A stretch of 64,000 nt of DNA from a virus. Position 1 is the stretch's first letter, and every line of letters starts with the position of its first letter. The stretch covers positions 1-64,000 of the IMG/VR virus record IMGVR_UViG_3300034031_000046; one strand, given 5' to 3'. The notes under the pieces were generated by a model, which was given only the letters and a program-made list of their open reading frames with translations, was not told where the DNA came from and did not search any database. Both the position numbers and the translations under genes were made by a program. Positions 26,250-36,439 of this stretch are shown here, in pieces.

Positions 26250-27271
26250 ACTCTTCGAGATCGTCCGATAATTCCCTGACTGTCCGCTTCATTCCTGAAG
26301 ACGGGGCCGGTGTCGATGATCTTGTCGCCATCGTGCAGGCGGCTCTTGCCGTCCCCGAGGTCGCGCAGCACTTTTCTCTCAGCGGCTACGGGACAGTGAA
26401 CTCGCTTCTGGAAAAGGCGATTGTGATCGACGCGGAAGGAGAAGCCCGCGCACTGGAGCAAGCGACGGCGGGCATTGAAGAAATCACCGCGCGCTTGATG
26501 GAACTCAAGGACGGGTGGCAGGCGACGTGTGAACTTCACGCGGCAGCGACGCGCGCCGCCGGTCCGGCATGGGCGAACCCGCGCCTTGAGAAAGCACGGC
26601 GCGTTTTCGAACGGCAGGCGCGCAGTGTGATACGCACCTCGCTGCGCCAGATGTGGATGCGCGGGAGGGAGGCGGGAGGGGCCACGGGGCCGCTACGCCA
26701 CGATGAAGAGGTGCAGCTTCAACGCCTCTATCGCGAGGAGCAACAGTATTTTCTTAACCTCCTTGTGGATGTCGAGCAAGGCACGGGGCGCATGGACAAA
26801 GACCGCCGCGTCGCCATGTATGGCCGCGCTTCGCTCGAAGCCTACTGGGCCGGTTTTGTTCTCGCCCAACTGGCCCCCGGTCGCTACGTGCAGTGGATAA
26901 AAAACGACGTGGAATCGTGCGGCGACTGCATCCTGCTCGCGCGCGGTGGCCGCTGGGGAAACGGAATTTACACGGCGCGGGAACTGGCGCGGGCGGGGCT
27001 CTTCCCGCGTTCGGGGAAGCTGCAGTGCTGCACCAATTGCGAATGTGAACTGCGGGCCGTGCCGCGTCCAACCGGGCCACCGGTGCGCGGCCATGTGCTG
27101 CTGAGCGATCTGCCGCTGAAAGGCGTGTCCTCTTCATCCTTCACCGGTCAGGGGCGCAGCGGTCGGCAGGCGCTGGAGAAACGCGCGGCAAAGTATGGTC
27201 GATGGACCCACCAGGGCCGGACGGTGAAACGAGGCAATCCGCTCTGGCGTGCCGGGAGGAAAAAGGTATGA
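26246..27271 (+). CDS. MuF / SPP1 gp7-like head morphogenesis protein (putative)
   Basis: C-terminal WIKNDVESCGDCILLARGG..LFPRSGKLQCCTNCECEL resembles the D-x-x-x-C-x-x-C...P-x-H/x-x-C-x-C end of MuF domains. Divergent. Confidence 0.45.
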   Translation: MNSSRSSDNSLTVRFIPEDGAGVDDLVAIVQAALAVPEVAQHFSLSGYGTVNSLLEKAIVIDAEGEARALEQATAGIEEITARLMELKDGWQATCELHAAATRAAGPAWANPRLEKARRVFERQARSVIRTSLRQMWMRGREAGGATGPLRHDEEVQLQRLYREEQQYFLNLLVDVEQGTGRMDKDRRVAMYGRASLEAYWAGFVLAQLAPGRYVQWIKNDVESCGDCILLARGGRWGNGIYTARELARAGLFPRSGKLQCCTNCECELRAVPRPTGPPVRGHVLLSDLPLKGVSSSSFTGQGRSGRQALEKRAAKYGRWTHQGRTVKRGNPLWRAGRKKV

Positions 27272-27732
27272 GCGTGGCAATCGTAGTTCGGGAAGACCAG
27301 CAGCATCTGATATTTGCGGAGCAAACCTGCATCGTGCCTCTGGAGTGTCAGGCGATCTTCGTGCGCTTGCCCTCCGGCGTCGCTCCCGAGACTCTGGCGG
27401 AGTGTCATGAAAAAATGAACGCGCACCGGCGACGCAACGGCATTACAGCGAATGTGATCTTCCTCGCCAGTGATGAGCCGGTCGAAGCCTACTCCGAGCG
27501 CGAGATGAACGACCATGGCTGGTATCGCCATAATGCCGCGTGTGAAGCGCCTGCGAGTGAAGGGGCTGTGAACGAGGCCGTTCTCAGTGCCGGACCTGTG
27601 GCCGAATTGTGCAGGCCGTTTGCTCCCCCACTCTGGTGGAAACTCCGCGCTGCCGGACTGGTGATTGTCCTTTACCATCTCGCGGTTTTTCTGTGGTCGC
27701 GCTTTGGGCTGCATATCGCGTTCCCTCTCTAA
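27268..27732 (+). CDS. hypothetical protein with C-terminal TM helix
   Basis: ATGA coupling to the MuF-like gene. C-terminal LRAAGLVIVLYHLAVFLW. Confidence 0.5.
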   Translation: MSVAIVVREDQQHLIFAEQTCIVPLECQAIFVRLPSGVAPETLAECHEKMNAHRRRNGITANVIFLASDEPVEAYSEREMNDHGWYRHNAACEAPASEGAVNEAVLSAGPVAELCRPFAPPLWWKLRAAGLVIVLYHLAVFLWSRFGLHIAFPL

Positions 27733-27742
27733 GTACGGTCGA
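27732..27742 (-). repeat. TCGACCGTACT half-site (reverse orientation)
   Basis: AGTACGGTCGA on the plus strand, intergenic, upstream of the 1055-aa gene. Confidence 0.9.
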
Positions 27743-27834
27743 ACTCCCCCGTCTCCTCCCACCGCTGCCTTTTAACAACGACGACAGAGCGATGCACACT
27801 CCGCACGCATTTTCGCATCAACGGTGCCTTTAAC

Positions 27835-30800
27835 ATGACCGCAACGCCATTTACCCAGACCCGGCAGAACCGTTCCCGACAGGGGCGTCCCCACCCCACT
27901 CTCCTGATTGTCAGCGCTCCCGCCGCCATTCCCGCCGTCACGGCTCCCCAGCTTGTGCACTGCGGTGCACACGAGGAAGAGTTACTCAAAGCGCATCCGG
28001 GTTCGGTCGCGGTTGTCAAGACGCGCCGCGACGGCCACCGCCAGCGCTACTGGACCAAGCCCGACGGCCATTTCTGGATTACGCCAAAAGGGGAATCCGT
28101 CCGCCTCAAGGGCACGCACGCGGGTTTCCTGTCGCGCCGTCGCGATCTGCTCAAGCGGTTCGTGCCCGAATATGATGGCGGTCAGGTCGAGGACCATCAC
28201 ATCACGAAGTTCGCGCAGCGGACGGGATGGGTGCGCGCGCGCCACTGGAATATGGCCGGCCACAACTGGCACTCCTATTCGCTTCCTAACGAGCGGCCTG
28301 ACACCTTCGAAGCCGCGCAGCGCCATCACGAGGAGCGCTACGGCAAGGACGGAGATCCGCCGCTCGTCACCGTTGAACTCGATAACGACGCCATCGACTT
28401 GCACCCCGACGCCGGTCAAAGCTGGCATCGTTCCTATCGCCAGATGAAGCGGCTTCACGGCATGGGCATGGAATGGGGACAGCCGCTCTTTAAAGCGACG
28501 GCGTTGCATCCCAAAAGCGATTACGTGCCCGGAGAGGATTGTCCGCACTGCGGCGCTTCGATGGAACAGGGCGGACAGGCCGATTACGATAAAACACAGA
28601 TGCCGTTGTGTAACTCCTGCGGCAAGGAGTGGCCGGACCCGACATGGTCATCCCCGAGTCTGTCGGGGGATGGTGGTCAGGGATGGCACTGCCCATGGTG
28701 CTCGGAGGTCAACTGCTCCGAAACACCGGAGACGAACCGCTCCTGCTACAAGTGCAAGAAAACCGTCGATGTCATTGACGAGGGCGACAGCCCCTCCGGA
28801 AAGGAGATCTGGCATGTTCATCCGGCACGCCAGCACGCGGGGAAAGACGGCGAAGATATCGCTAAGGCGTTCGCCTCGGGTTATCCGCTTCAGGGGCGGC
28901 GCATGTTTCGTGGGCTACATGTCTCCATTGAGAACCGCAAGGGCCGCTATCGCGTGGACAAGCAGCACGACCCACCGCAGTGGAAAAGCCTGATGTATTG
29001 TGATTACGGATACGTGCGCGGCTCCGAAGGTGTCGATGGCGACCACATCGACGTGTTTGTCGGTCCCAACGAAAACGCGCCGGACGTTTACATCGTGCGC
29101 CAGGTCAACCCGTCAACGGGAAAATTCGATGAGCAAAAGTGCATGCTCGGTTTCGACTCGGCGGAGCAGGCGAAGGCGATGTATCTCAAGCATTACGACA
29201 CGCCGAAATTCTTCGGCGGCATCACCGCGATGCCGTTTGACGAGTTCAAAGCCAAATCGCTCGCCAGTCTGCACGGCGAGAAGTTGCTCAAGGCCGTCGC
29301 GCTACGCGCCCTCTCCCCTGCTCCGTCCACCGCGACAAAGAAGAAAAACAAGGCTGCTGCGCCGGGGGCGAAGCCTACCGCTCCCCGCCAGATCGCCGTC
29401 GTGATTCCGTCGGTGAAACCGGCTGCCGCCAAAGGTGCGACCAAAGGTGCCCTCACCGGCGCCCGCCGCGTCGGTGGCGTTGGGCCATCGCACAAGGGCA
29501 GCAAGTGGATTACCGTGCACGATGCCGTTGAAGTCCATGTACCGCGCAAGGGCCGTCAATCTGGGGCCGTTGTTTCAGCCACTAAAAATCACGTCTGGGT
29601 TTTCACACGTCACGGCACGTTCGAAGCGCCGCGCGCCGAAGTCACGCCACTCAAGCGCAAAGTCACCTTTGACTGGCGCAAGGCATCGCAGGTGATACCG
29701 CACCCCGGAAGTGTCGTCACCGTCCGTCCCCTGCCCGAGTCGCTGCCCGCAGGAATGAAACAGGCGCAAAGCGTGAAGCGCGTTCTGGCCGAACCCATCA
29801 AAAACAAGGGCGCCAACGCGAGCGTGAAAGTGCTCGAAGTTCGTCCCGGTCGCAACGACATGAAAACGCACACGGTGAAGCGGTCGCAAATCGCGGGACC
29901 GTACTTGCCGGACAAGTTCATCGACCCGGTCGAGAAGACGCGCACACGTCGCCGCCCCGACGCCGTCAAGACGAAGTCACAGTTGAAGTCCGAAGCGTCG
30001 AACCTCACCTACGTGAAATATCTCGATGCGCGCGGCCAGAAGAACCTGAGCGAGCGGGAAAACAAATGGTTCGCCAAGCACGAACAGCGCATCGAGGGCG
30101 TAGCACGCGGCATCGCGGCGCGCATGATGATCACCGGAGAAAACGTGCAAGACCTGATTTCCCACGCCAACGTCGGTGCGCTCTACGCCTACCGTCAGTG
30201 GGACCGGGACCGCGCGGCGCAACGGGGCATGAAGCTCTCCAACATGGCCCGCCACGCCGCGATTGAGGCCGGTCTGGATCTCGATTCCGAGGAAGGCAAG
30301 GCGTTCGTCAAAGTCGAAGCCCATCGCCTGTCGAAAACGATGTCGGCGACCGCTCTCCGCGACAAACACATCTTCGCGGGTGCATGGATGGAAACGATGC
30401 GGCGCGCGGACGAGGTCATGGATATCACCGGTCTTTCCGGTATCAACCGCAGCGATATCGGGCGCGTGGTGCGCGCGGAACGCGACCTGTCCGCAGAACT
30501 GGGACGCCGTCCCCTGCCCCGCGATATCGCGAACCGTCTGGGTTGGACGAGTGCAGGCGGTGAAGAAAAGGTACGCCTCTGCCTCGCCAAGAAAATCGCG
30601 CGCGCTGCGTCGCGGATGTCGGAACTGGAACGTGAAACCGAAGGCGGCACCGTATCACCGCAGGACACACTCGCAGCGAAACCCGAGGTCGATGCAGCAT
30701 CCAGCGAACGCGCGGAACAAACGCGCGCAGCGGTGATGCAATTGGGCCGTCTCGCCGGACTCGACGAACGCCAGACGCTGATTTTGCGCGAGGGCCTGAG

Positions 30801-31002
30801 CCGCGATATCGCCAACCGTCCCAAAGCCAGCGGTGCCGCGCTTGCGATCGCGCAGCAACTGCGCAAGGAATTCGGCGGTAAGGATTCCGAAGGCTCAGTG
30901 ATTCAGGAGTGGACCGCGATTCAGCAGCACCTTTCCTCCTACGTGCAGGGCAACCGCTTTACGGCGGAAAAGGTCTTGGGCCAGAAGCTCGTCGGCACCT
31001 GA
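27835..31002 (+). CDS. giant multidomain protein: zinc ribbons + inorganic-pyrophosphatase-like domain + C-terminal sigma-70-like domain
   Basis: CPHC..CNSC and WHCPWC..CYKC ribbons. YCDYGYVRGSEGVDGDHIDVFVG resembles PPase YPxNYGFIP..DGDPxDVLV. VQDLISHANVGALYAYRQWD (sigma region 2-like), LSAELGRRPLPRDIANRLGW (region 3-like) and LDERQTLILREGLS (region 4-like). Confidence 0.6.
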   Translation: MTATPFTQTRQNRSRQGRPHPTLLIVSAPAAIPAVTAPQLVHCGAHEEELLKAHPGSVAVVKTRRDGHRQRYWTKPDGHFWITPKGESVRLKGTHAGFLSRRRDLLKRFVPEYDGGQVEDHHITKFAQRTGWVRARHWNMAGHNWHSYSLPNERPDTFEAAQRHHEERYGKDGDPPLVTVELDNDAIDLHPDAGQSWHRSYRQMKRLHGMGMEWGQPLFKATALHPKSDYVPGEDCPHCGASMEQGGQADYDKTQMPLCNSCGKEWPDPTWSSPSLSGDGGQGWHCPWCSEVNCSETPETNRSCYKCKKTVDVIDEGDSPSGKEIWHVHPARQHAGKDGEDIAKAFASGYPLQGRRMFRGLHVSIENRKGRYRVDKQHDPPQWKSLMYCDYGYVRGSEGVDGDHIDVFVGPNENAPDVYIVRQVNPSTGKFDEQKCMLGFDSAEQAKAMYLKHYDTPKFFGGITAMPFDEFKAKSLASLHGEKLLKAVALRALSPAPSTATKKKNKAAAPGAKPTAPRQIAVVIPSVKPAAAKGATKGALTGARRVGGVGPSHKGSKWITVHDAVEVHVPRKGRQSGAVVSATKNHVWVFTRHGTFEAPRAEVTPLKRKVTFDWRKASQVIPHPGSVVTVRPLPESLPAGMKQAQSVKRVLAEPIKNKGANASVKVLEVRPGRNDMKTHTVKRSQIAGPYLPDKFIDPVEKTRTRRRPDAVKTKSQLKSEASNLTYVKYLDARGQKNLSERENKWFAKHEQRIEGVARGIAARMMITGENVQDLISHANVGALYAYRQWDRDRAAQRGMKLSNMARHAAIEAGLDLDSEEGKAFVKVEAHRLSKTMSATALRDKHIFAGAWMETMRRADEVMDITGLSGINRSDIGRVVRAERDLSAELGRRPLPRDIANRLGWTSAGGEEKVRLCLAKKIARAASRMSELERETEGGTVSPQDTLAAKPEVDAASSERAEQTRAAVMQLGRLAGLDERQTLILREGLSRDIANRPKASGAALAIAQQLRKEFGGKDSEGSVIQEWTAIQQHLSSYVQGNRFTAEKVLGQKLVGT
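27955..27970. promoter_or_regulatory. GTGCACTGCGGTGCAC 16-mer
   Basis: Exact copy, 120 nt inside the 1055-aa ORF. Confidence 0.7.
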
Positions 31003-31061
31003 TCTCCCACCGTGTTCTCCCTCCCACCGCTTTTTTATTTGAGGTATTTTTGAGGTTTTCT

Positions 31062-34000
31062 GTGGCACATAAAAACAATCGCACCCGCTCTGCTTCGGCC
31101 CCTTCGTCGCCTGCGACTTCTTCGTCAGACCCTTCGCCGAAACGCTACACCGCACAGGTCGGCGATGCCCGCGTCCCCGTTGCGGTCTGTCATAAAACGG
31201 GAGCCGTGCACCGGCTCGTACCGCGCTCGTGCGACTGCGGGCGGGTGCATCTTCTCAAGGGCAGCATTCACAGCCAGCGCGGCCCCGTCGTGGACGGCGA
31301 GCGCGACTTCTCGATCTGTGATGAATGCGGAAAAATCCACCCACACGGCAACGACGAAGTCACCCTGCAAAAGTCGTTCGACTGGCTGCAGCAGGCGTAT
31401 TTCGCAGGCGATGCGCGGCGCGATGCGCAGGAGTCTCCGGCACAGAAAACCGTGCTCTTGGTCAAGGCGTCGCCGCATGTGATTCCGACTCCCAAGAACT
31501 CGGAGGGTCGTGTTGATTTCGGCGCTGTGGCAACGGGCAAAACGATCTGGATTACCATCACCAAGGAAGGCCCGCTGCGGGGCCGTCGCGTGATGATCAC
31601 CAAGCGCCCTGATGGATTGTTTGCCATCACCGGCGGCGCCAAGGCAGCGCGCGATCGCGGTTATTTTCACGCCGCTCTGGAATTCGGGAAGCAACGCGAA
31701 CTCACCGACGAAGAAAAAGCGTCGCGCGAAAAGTTCCGCGTCAAGGAAGAGGAGAAAAAGCAGCAGCGCCAGGCGTTCTTCAAGGAACACGGCGGAGATC
31801 TCAACAAGCTCAAAACTGCGCAGAAAGATGTGCGCGCCAAAATCTGGCAGTCGATGGGAATCGACTCCGATGAGGAAGCCAGCGAAAAGCTGCGGTCATA
31901 CCGCGCCAAGGCGCGCGACCTGTTGGTTAAGGCCGGATACGAAAAAGACGACGCGGCCAAGATTTCCGATGAGATGGCGAACTCGGAAAAGGCGCGTCTC
32001 AAGTTCGTGCGCGAGCGGGCGCTGAAAGAAGCGATGAAACGCGCCTATGAAGCCGAACGCTCGAAGGCCGCCCAACTGGCGAATCAGCCCGCAGCAGAGC
32101 CACCCAAAGCCAAGGAAGACAAGGGCAGCGCCGAAGACGACGCCCCAGCGGGTGATACTGCCAGGGAGAATGCTGGTGATGCGGCACAAACCGAGGAAAC
32201 GCCAGCAGTTGAAGAAACCCCGCTTCTCTCCGAAGAGCAACGGCAGGAACTGCATGGTCTGGACGCGGACACGCTCACACCCGAAGACATTCCGGCCCCT
32301 GACGCGGGTAAGACCCTGACCGATGAGCAGCGTCAGAAAATCTCCGAGGGAATCAAAGCCCGCCATGAGGAAAAGCGCCGTCTTGCCGCCGAGGAAGCCG
32401 CCGCCGAAGCGCAACGCGCACGCGAAGCCGAGGACCAGAAACGCATGGCCGGGAGCGACTCCAAGGACATGCTCCGCTGGATTGGTGAGCACCGCCATTT
32501 GCAGGAAACCGAGCGCAAGCTGCGCGCGAAACAGGAAAAGGCCATCGGTCCCGAATTCTCGGGCACCATCGCTGCGCTCAATTTCCGCCAGACGGGCACC
32601 GATATCATCGGCGAAGACGAGGCAGTGCAGAAGGCGATGAGCACCATCGAGGACCAGATCGAGGAGGAAAAACGCGGCGACTTTTACGCGCGCCTCGCCG
32701 AAATGGCCCGCAATCCCGAGACGGGTGACCACGACCCGCACAACCCGTTCGGCCATCTGGCCGCGCACTATGAAGCGGGCGGTATCAAAACCCTCAATCG
32801 TATTGCCACCGAGTTCTTGGGCGCGGACATTTTGCGCGGCGAGCTCGTCAAGGGACTGGGATTGCAGGCAGCGACCGAAGTCGTCGTCGAACGCCTCAAG
32901 CGTGAGGGTGCTGACCTTGAGCACGTTCGCGAGTGGGTGCGCCAGCAGGAAGGCCGCGAGATGGACACGCTGGAGCGGGCACTCGAACGCGACGAAACGT
33001 TGCAAACGGAACACACCGAACTGCAGAAGCAGGCGGGCGAAGAGTACGGTAAGGGCACGCGTCTCCACGACGCGGTCAAAGCGCTGTATGAGGCTGATAA
33101 CCTTGCACGCCAGCATGAAAACATGGGAGAGGCTCTGGGAGGACTGGAAGCCATCGGTTCGTTTGCTCTCGCTCTCGATTCGAAACCGGGCGGCGTGATC
33201 GAACTCAGCGTGGGCGAAGACCTTTCCGGCTTCCGCCAGCGCGTGTCCCGGACCGTGAGTGCCGGTGTCGCCAAGCGTATCGTCGGCAAAACCAAGCGTG
33301 ATGGGACGCGTGTCGCCCAGGTGCGCATTGCCGATCTGCGCAACTTCGTTGACCGGATGGGAGCCGTCAACACGACTCAGGTAGCGCTCGCGAAAATCGC
33401 TTCTGGCAAAGAAAATACGGCGGACTTTGTGGTCCCCGGCATCAAGATCGGAGAGGGCCATGACTTCGGCACTTTTCGTCCCGGTCAGCAATCCGACGTG
33501 CGTCATGTGATGAAGCAGTTGGAGGTTCTTGAAAAAGAAAAGAATCTTTCCAACGCCGAGAAATCGCTGCGCACGGCGGGGCTTTTCATCAACCGCGAAG
33601 TCGGCGGTGGCAAGTCACTCATCTCCCTCGCGGTCGCGCAGCAGATGCTCAATCAGAACAAGGACAACAACCGTCCGGTGATTTTCACCTGTCCCGAGAA
33701 ACTTCTCGCCAACTGGCACGGACAGGTGAAACAGTGGTGCGAGGACCCGTCGGCGATGGTTTTCGGCCAGCATCCGGGTGGAAAGCTCTCTGCCGATGAT
33801 GCAGGCGAAGACGGCCAGGCTGCACAATACCTTCAAAACAAGGATGGCCTGCAAAAAATGGTCAACCAGATTCTCTCCGGCAAAGCGCCGCGCCGTCTGG
33901 TAATCGGGCAGAAAGCACTCAACGCCAAGGTCCGCGTCAAGATGCCGGGAATGACCAAGTCTGAAGAAATGACCGTCGCACAGGCGCTCAATTACACCAA

Positions 34001-35204
34001 TCCCCTGCTCGTCGCGCACGATGAACCGCAGACGATGACGACGGCCAAGAAAGGCGTGCTGGGCGAAGCGGGCAAAGCCGCGACGCGAATGGGCGTTGGC
34101 CTCAAGGATGAGAACGATAGTCCCCTGCACTGCGCTCGCCTTGCTCTCACCGCTACACCGGCGCGTCACAACGTCGGCCAATTGTATGATATGGCACGAT
34201 GGGTAACGGGCGGCACCATCGGTACCCGCAAATCCTTCGAAAGCAAAAACGGCACGCTGGGCAAGGGCACGAACGTTTTCGAAGAATCGCAGGGCGATGC
34301 CGTTCTCAACAAGCTGCGCACGCAGATGGTGTCCGAGCGCGGCCAGAAGCAGCACACGCCTTACGTTGGAAAGCGTCTGTCGAACATGGACGAGTGGCAG
34401 AAAACGGCACAGGCCACGACCTCCTCGGAGTACGGTCCCCACATTGAGGCGCTCACCGCCGCGCTGGAGAAACCGCAGTTCCGCGCGGGCAACTTTCAGG
34501 TGAAGATGTCCACCGGCTGGAAGGAAAAGGAGATCACCAACCGGCGTGATGCCGAGGCGTGGCGCGACCGTTTGCTCGAAAAGCACGACGCCGACCAGTA
34601 CGCGCACCTCTACGGCGTTCCTGCTGGCGGCAACTGGAAAGACAATCCCGCGCTGGTCGAGGCGTCGAAGGCATTGCGCGAGCGGGACAAAGCCAATCCC
34701 GGCGAGCAGTCGATTCTATGGGCGCCGCACGAAGACACGCTGCGTGGCCTCAAGCAGATGCTGCGTGAGGAGTACCCGGACGAATCGTTCACGACGATGT
34801 GGAAGGAATCGGAAATGCCCGGCAACTCGGAGGAGTTCAAGTCCGGCAAACACCGTTTTGTAGTCGCATCGCACAAGGCGAACTCCGGTTACAACTTGCA
34901 GAATGCGGGAAGCGCTCTCTTTGTAGGCTTGCCCAAGGAAGCGGTGGAAAACATTCAGGCACGAGGGCGTATCGAGCGAGATCCACGAGCGGGTGACCCG
35001 GTCACCTATCACATCGATTACGAGGATGCGCCCACGGTCCATCGCCAGAATCATATCCGTGCGAACGAACAGCGTCTCATCGAAGCGACCAACCTCGCCG
35101 TACGCGGCAAGAACGATTTGCCGATTCCGGCGGAAACCACCGGCGTGCTCGCGCGCGCCGATGCCTACACCGGCGAATACAGCGAACAGCGTAAAGCGGC
35201 CTAA
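31062..35204 (+). CDS. giant coiled-coil protein with C-terminal SF2 (SNF2-like) helicase
   Basis: GTG start 6 nt after GAGGT; the first start in the ORF track (30909) overlaps the upstream gene. REVGGGKSL (Walker A), LVAHDEPQ (DExQ), LTATPARHNVGQLYDMARWV (motif III) and NIQARGRIER (motif VI). Confidence 0.7.
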   Translation: MAHKNNRTRSASAPSSPATSSSDPSPKRYTAQVGDARVPVAVCHKTGAVHRLVPRSCDCGRVHLLKGSIHSQRGPVVDGERDFSICDECGKIHPHGNDEVTLQKSFDWLQQAYFAGDARRDAQESPAQKTVLLVKASPHVIPTPKNSEGRVDFGAVATGKTIWITITKEGPLRGRRVMITKRPDGLFAITGGAKAARDRGYFHAALEFGKQRELTDEEKASREKFRVKEEEKKQQRQAFFKEHGGDLNKLKTAQKDVRAKIWQSMGIDSDEEASEKLRSYRAKARDLLVKAGYEKDDAAKISDEMANSEKARLKFVRERALKEAMKRAYEAERSKAAQLANQPAAEPPKAKEDKGSAEDDAPAGDTARENAGDAAQTEETPAVEETPLLSEEQRQELHGLDADTLTPEDIPAPDAGKTLTDEQRQKISEGIKARHEEKRRLAAEEAAAEAQRAREAEDQKRMAGSDSKDMLRWIGEHRHLQETERKLRAKQEKAIGPEFSGTIAALNFRQTGTDIIGEDEAVQKAMSTIEDQIEEEKRGDFYARLAEMARNPETGDHDPHNPFGHLAAHYEAGGIKTLNRIATEFLGADILRGELVKGLGLQAATEVVVERLKREGADLEHVREWVRQQEGREMDTLERALERDETLQTEHTELQKQAGEEYGKGTRLHDAVKALYEADNLARQHENMGEALGGLEAIGSFALALDSKPGGVIELSVGEDLSGFRQRVSRTVSAGVAKRIVGKTKRDGTRVAQVRIADLRNFVDRMGAVNTTQVALAKIASGKENTADFVVPGIKIGEGHDFGTFRPGQQSDVRHVMKQLEVLEKEKNLSNAEKSLRTAGLFINREVGGGKSLISLAVAQQMLNQNKDNNRPVIFTCPEKLLANWHGQVKQWCEDPSAMVFGQHPGGKLSADDAGEDGQAAQYLQNKDGLQKMVNQILSGKAPRRLVIGQKALNAKVRVKMPGMTKSEEMTVAQALNYTNPLLVAHDEPQTMTTAKKGVLGEAGKAATRMGVGLKDENDSPLHCARLALTATPARHNVGQLYDMARWVTGGTIGTRKSFESKNGTLGKGTNVFEESQGDAVLNKLRTQMVSERGQKQHTPYVGKRLSNMDEWQKTAQATTSSEYGPHIEALTAALEKPQFRAGNFQVKMSTGWKEKEITNRRDAEAWRDRLLEKHDADQYAHLYGVPAGGNWKDNPALVEASKALRERDKANPGEQSILWAPHEDTLRGLKQMLREEYPDESFTTMWKESEMPGNSEEFKSGKHRFVVASHKANSGYNLQNAGSALFVGLPKEAVENIQARGRIERDPRAGDPVTYHIDYEDAPTVHRQNHIRANEQRLIEATNLAVRGKNDLPIPAETTGVLARADAYTGEYSEQRKAA

Positions 35205-35234
35205 CCGCCAAGCGGCCTAACCGCCAAGCGGCCT
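35195..35234 (+). repeat. tandem 16-bp repeat (AGCGGCCTAACCGCCA x2.5)
   Basis: Spans the stop codon of the 1380-aa gene and the following spacer. Confidence 0.85.
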
Positions 35235-35245
35235 TTGAGAATTTT

Positions 35246-36199
35246 ATGAGTAGTCTTTTTTGCGCCTGTGGCAATGCGCTGCGCTACGATATCCGCCGCT
35301 GCCGCTCCGTCTGCGATCTGTGTGAACAAGATCGACAGGCGGGGCGGCGCTCTTCCTCGGCGCGTGGGCGAACCTCCGGTCGGGGAAAAACCAGTGAAGG
35401 AATATCCAACGGCGGCTTGATCGACCGGGCGGAAATTGCCGCGCGAGCGACGAGCGGCCTGCCCGGTTCTCGTCCATCACGCCAACCATCGCCGCGCGAA
35501 CCGGCGCCCATGGCCGAACTGATTGCGCCCCTGCCCAAGTCCGCCAACGACGGGGCCACTCGCCAGTACAAGCTATCGGGCCTCCAGCCGGGGCGCAGCA
35601 GTGCAAAGCCGAAAATCGCAGAGGAGGAGGTCCAGCGTTCCACGCTTAATAAGCTCCGTCTCGCCGGTTACCGTGTCCTGCAAACAACCGTGCGCTTTAA
35701 ACGGATATTCTGCCAGTGCTCTAACTGCGGGCGTCAGTGGTTTCAGGCACCGTCGTTTGAAACCGGACAGGACCCCGGCATCAGCGACCTGCTGGTGTTC
35801 AGCGAGCGCTGGCGCCATCCCCTCTTGCCTTCGACCCTTTATCTGCCCCTCGAACAGAAAGGCACCAAGTGGACTTACTCATCACCAGAGCAGCAGCAAC
35901 TGGCCGAAGAGGGACACCTGATTGTCGCGCACAGTGCGGACGAGGGCGCCACGCGTGTCGCCCAAGTCGATGCCTTCTGGGAGCGGGTCGAAAATTTGGA
36001 GTGTCTGGCGGACATTGTCCGCGTTAAACTGGCGGCCACAAGTGACGACCCATCCAAAGCAGGCGAGTCCGAGCGGGAAACAGTCTCTTTCCGGCGTCAG
36101 GACTTGGAACGTTTGCTGCAAGGCGTGCCCGAGCGGCCAGTCGAAGGCTTCCGCTCCGGGAACGCACGACGCGCTCCCGTCAAGCGCCGTAAGAAGTAA
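35246..36199 (+). CDS. VRR-NUC domain nuclease with N-terminal zinc ribbon
   Basis: VQRSTLNKLRLAGYRV..GISDLLVF..YLPLEQKG..SPEQQQL fits the VRR-NUC D..ExK..Q pattern. CACG..CDLC at the N-terminus. Confidence 0.6.
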   Translation: MSSLFCACGNALRYDIRRCRSVCDLCEQDRQAGRRSSSARGRTSGRGKTSEGISNGGLIDRAEIAARATSGLPGSRPSRQPSPREPAPMAELIAPLPKSANDGATRQYKLSGLQPGRSSAKPKIAEEEVQRSTLNKLRLAGYRVLQTTVRFKRIFCQCSNCGRQWFQAPSFETGQDPGISDLLVFSERWRHPLLPSTLYLPLEQKGTKWTYSSPEQQQLAEEGHLIVAHSADEGATRVAQVDAFWERVENLECLADIVRVKLAATSDDPSKAGESERETVSFRRQDLERLLQGVPERPVEGFRSGNARRAPVKRRKK

Positions 36200-36227
36200 A
36201 CAAGACCCTGAAAGCAGAAACGCAAAT

Positions 36228-36257
36228 TTGACAGAAGGTCCCGTTTTAATGCACAAT
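36228..36257 (+). promoter_or_regulatory. putative sigma-70 promoter TTGACA-18-CACAAT
   Basis: Perfect -35 and a weak -10, in the 240-nt gap before gene 36440. Confidence 0.35.
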
Positions 36258-36316
36258 GAGGCCGCTTGGCGAGGGGAACAGAATACCGACCCATCCGGTC
36301 TAACGCGCAACATAGT

Positions 36317-36332
36317 GTGCACCGCGGTGCAA
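36317..36332. promoter_or_regulatory. GTGCAC-CGCG-GTGCAA imperfect variant
   Basis: Intergenic, downstream of the putative promoter at 36228. Confidence 0.45.
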
Positions 36333-36439
36333 CGCACTCAGGTGCCCGTTGCGGCGACTTGCGTCGCCGTGGAACAGGGCAACAGGAATGAAGACTGCGG
36401 TAGATTCGGAAGCGCTGAAAAACGGAAAGGGAGAGAATT

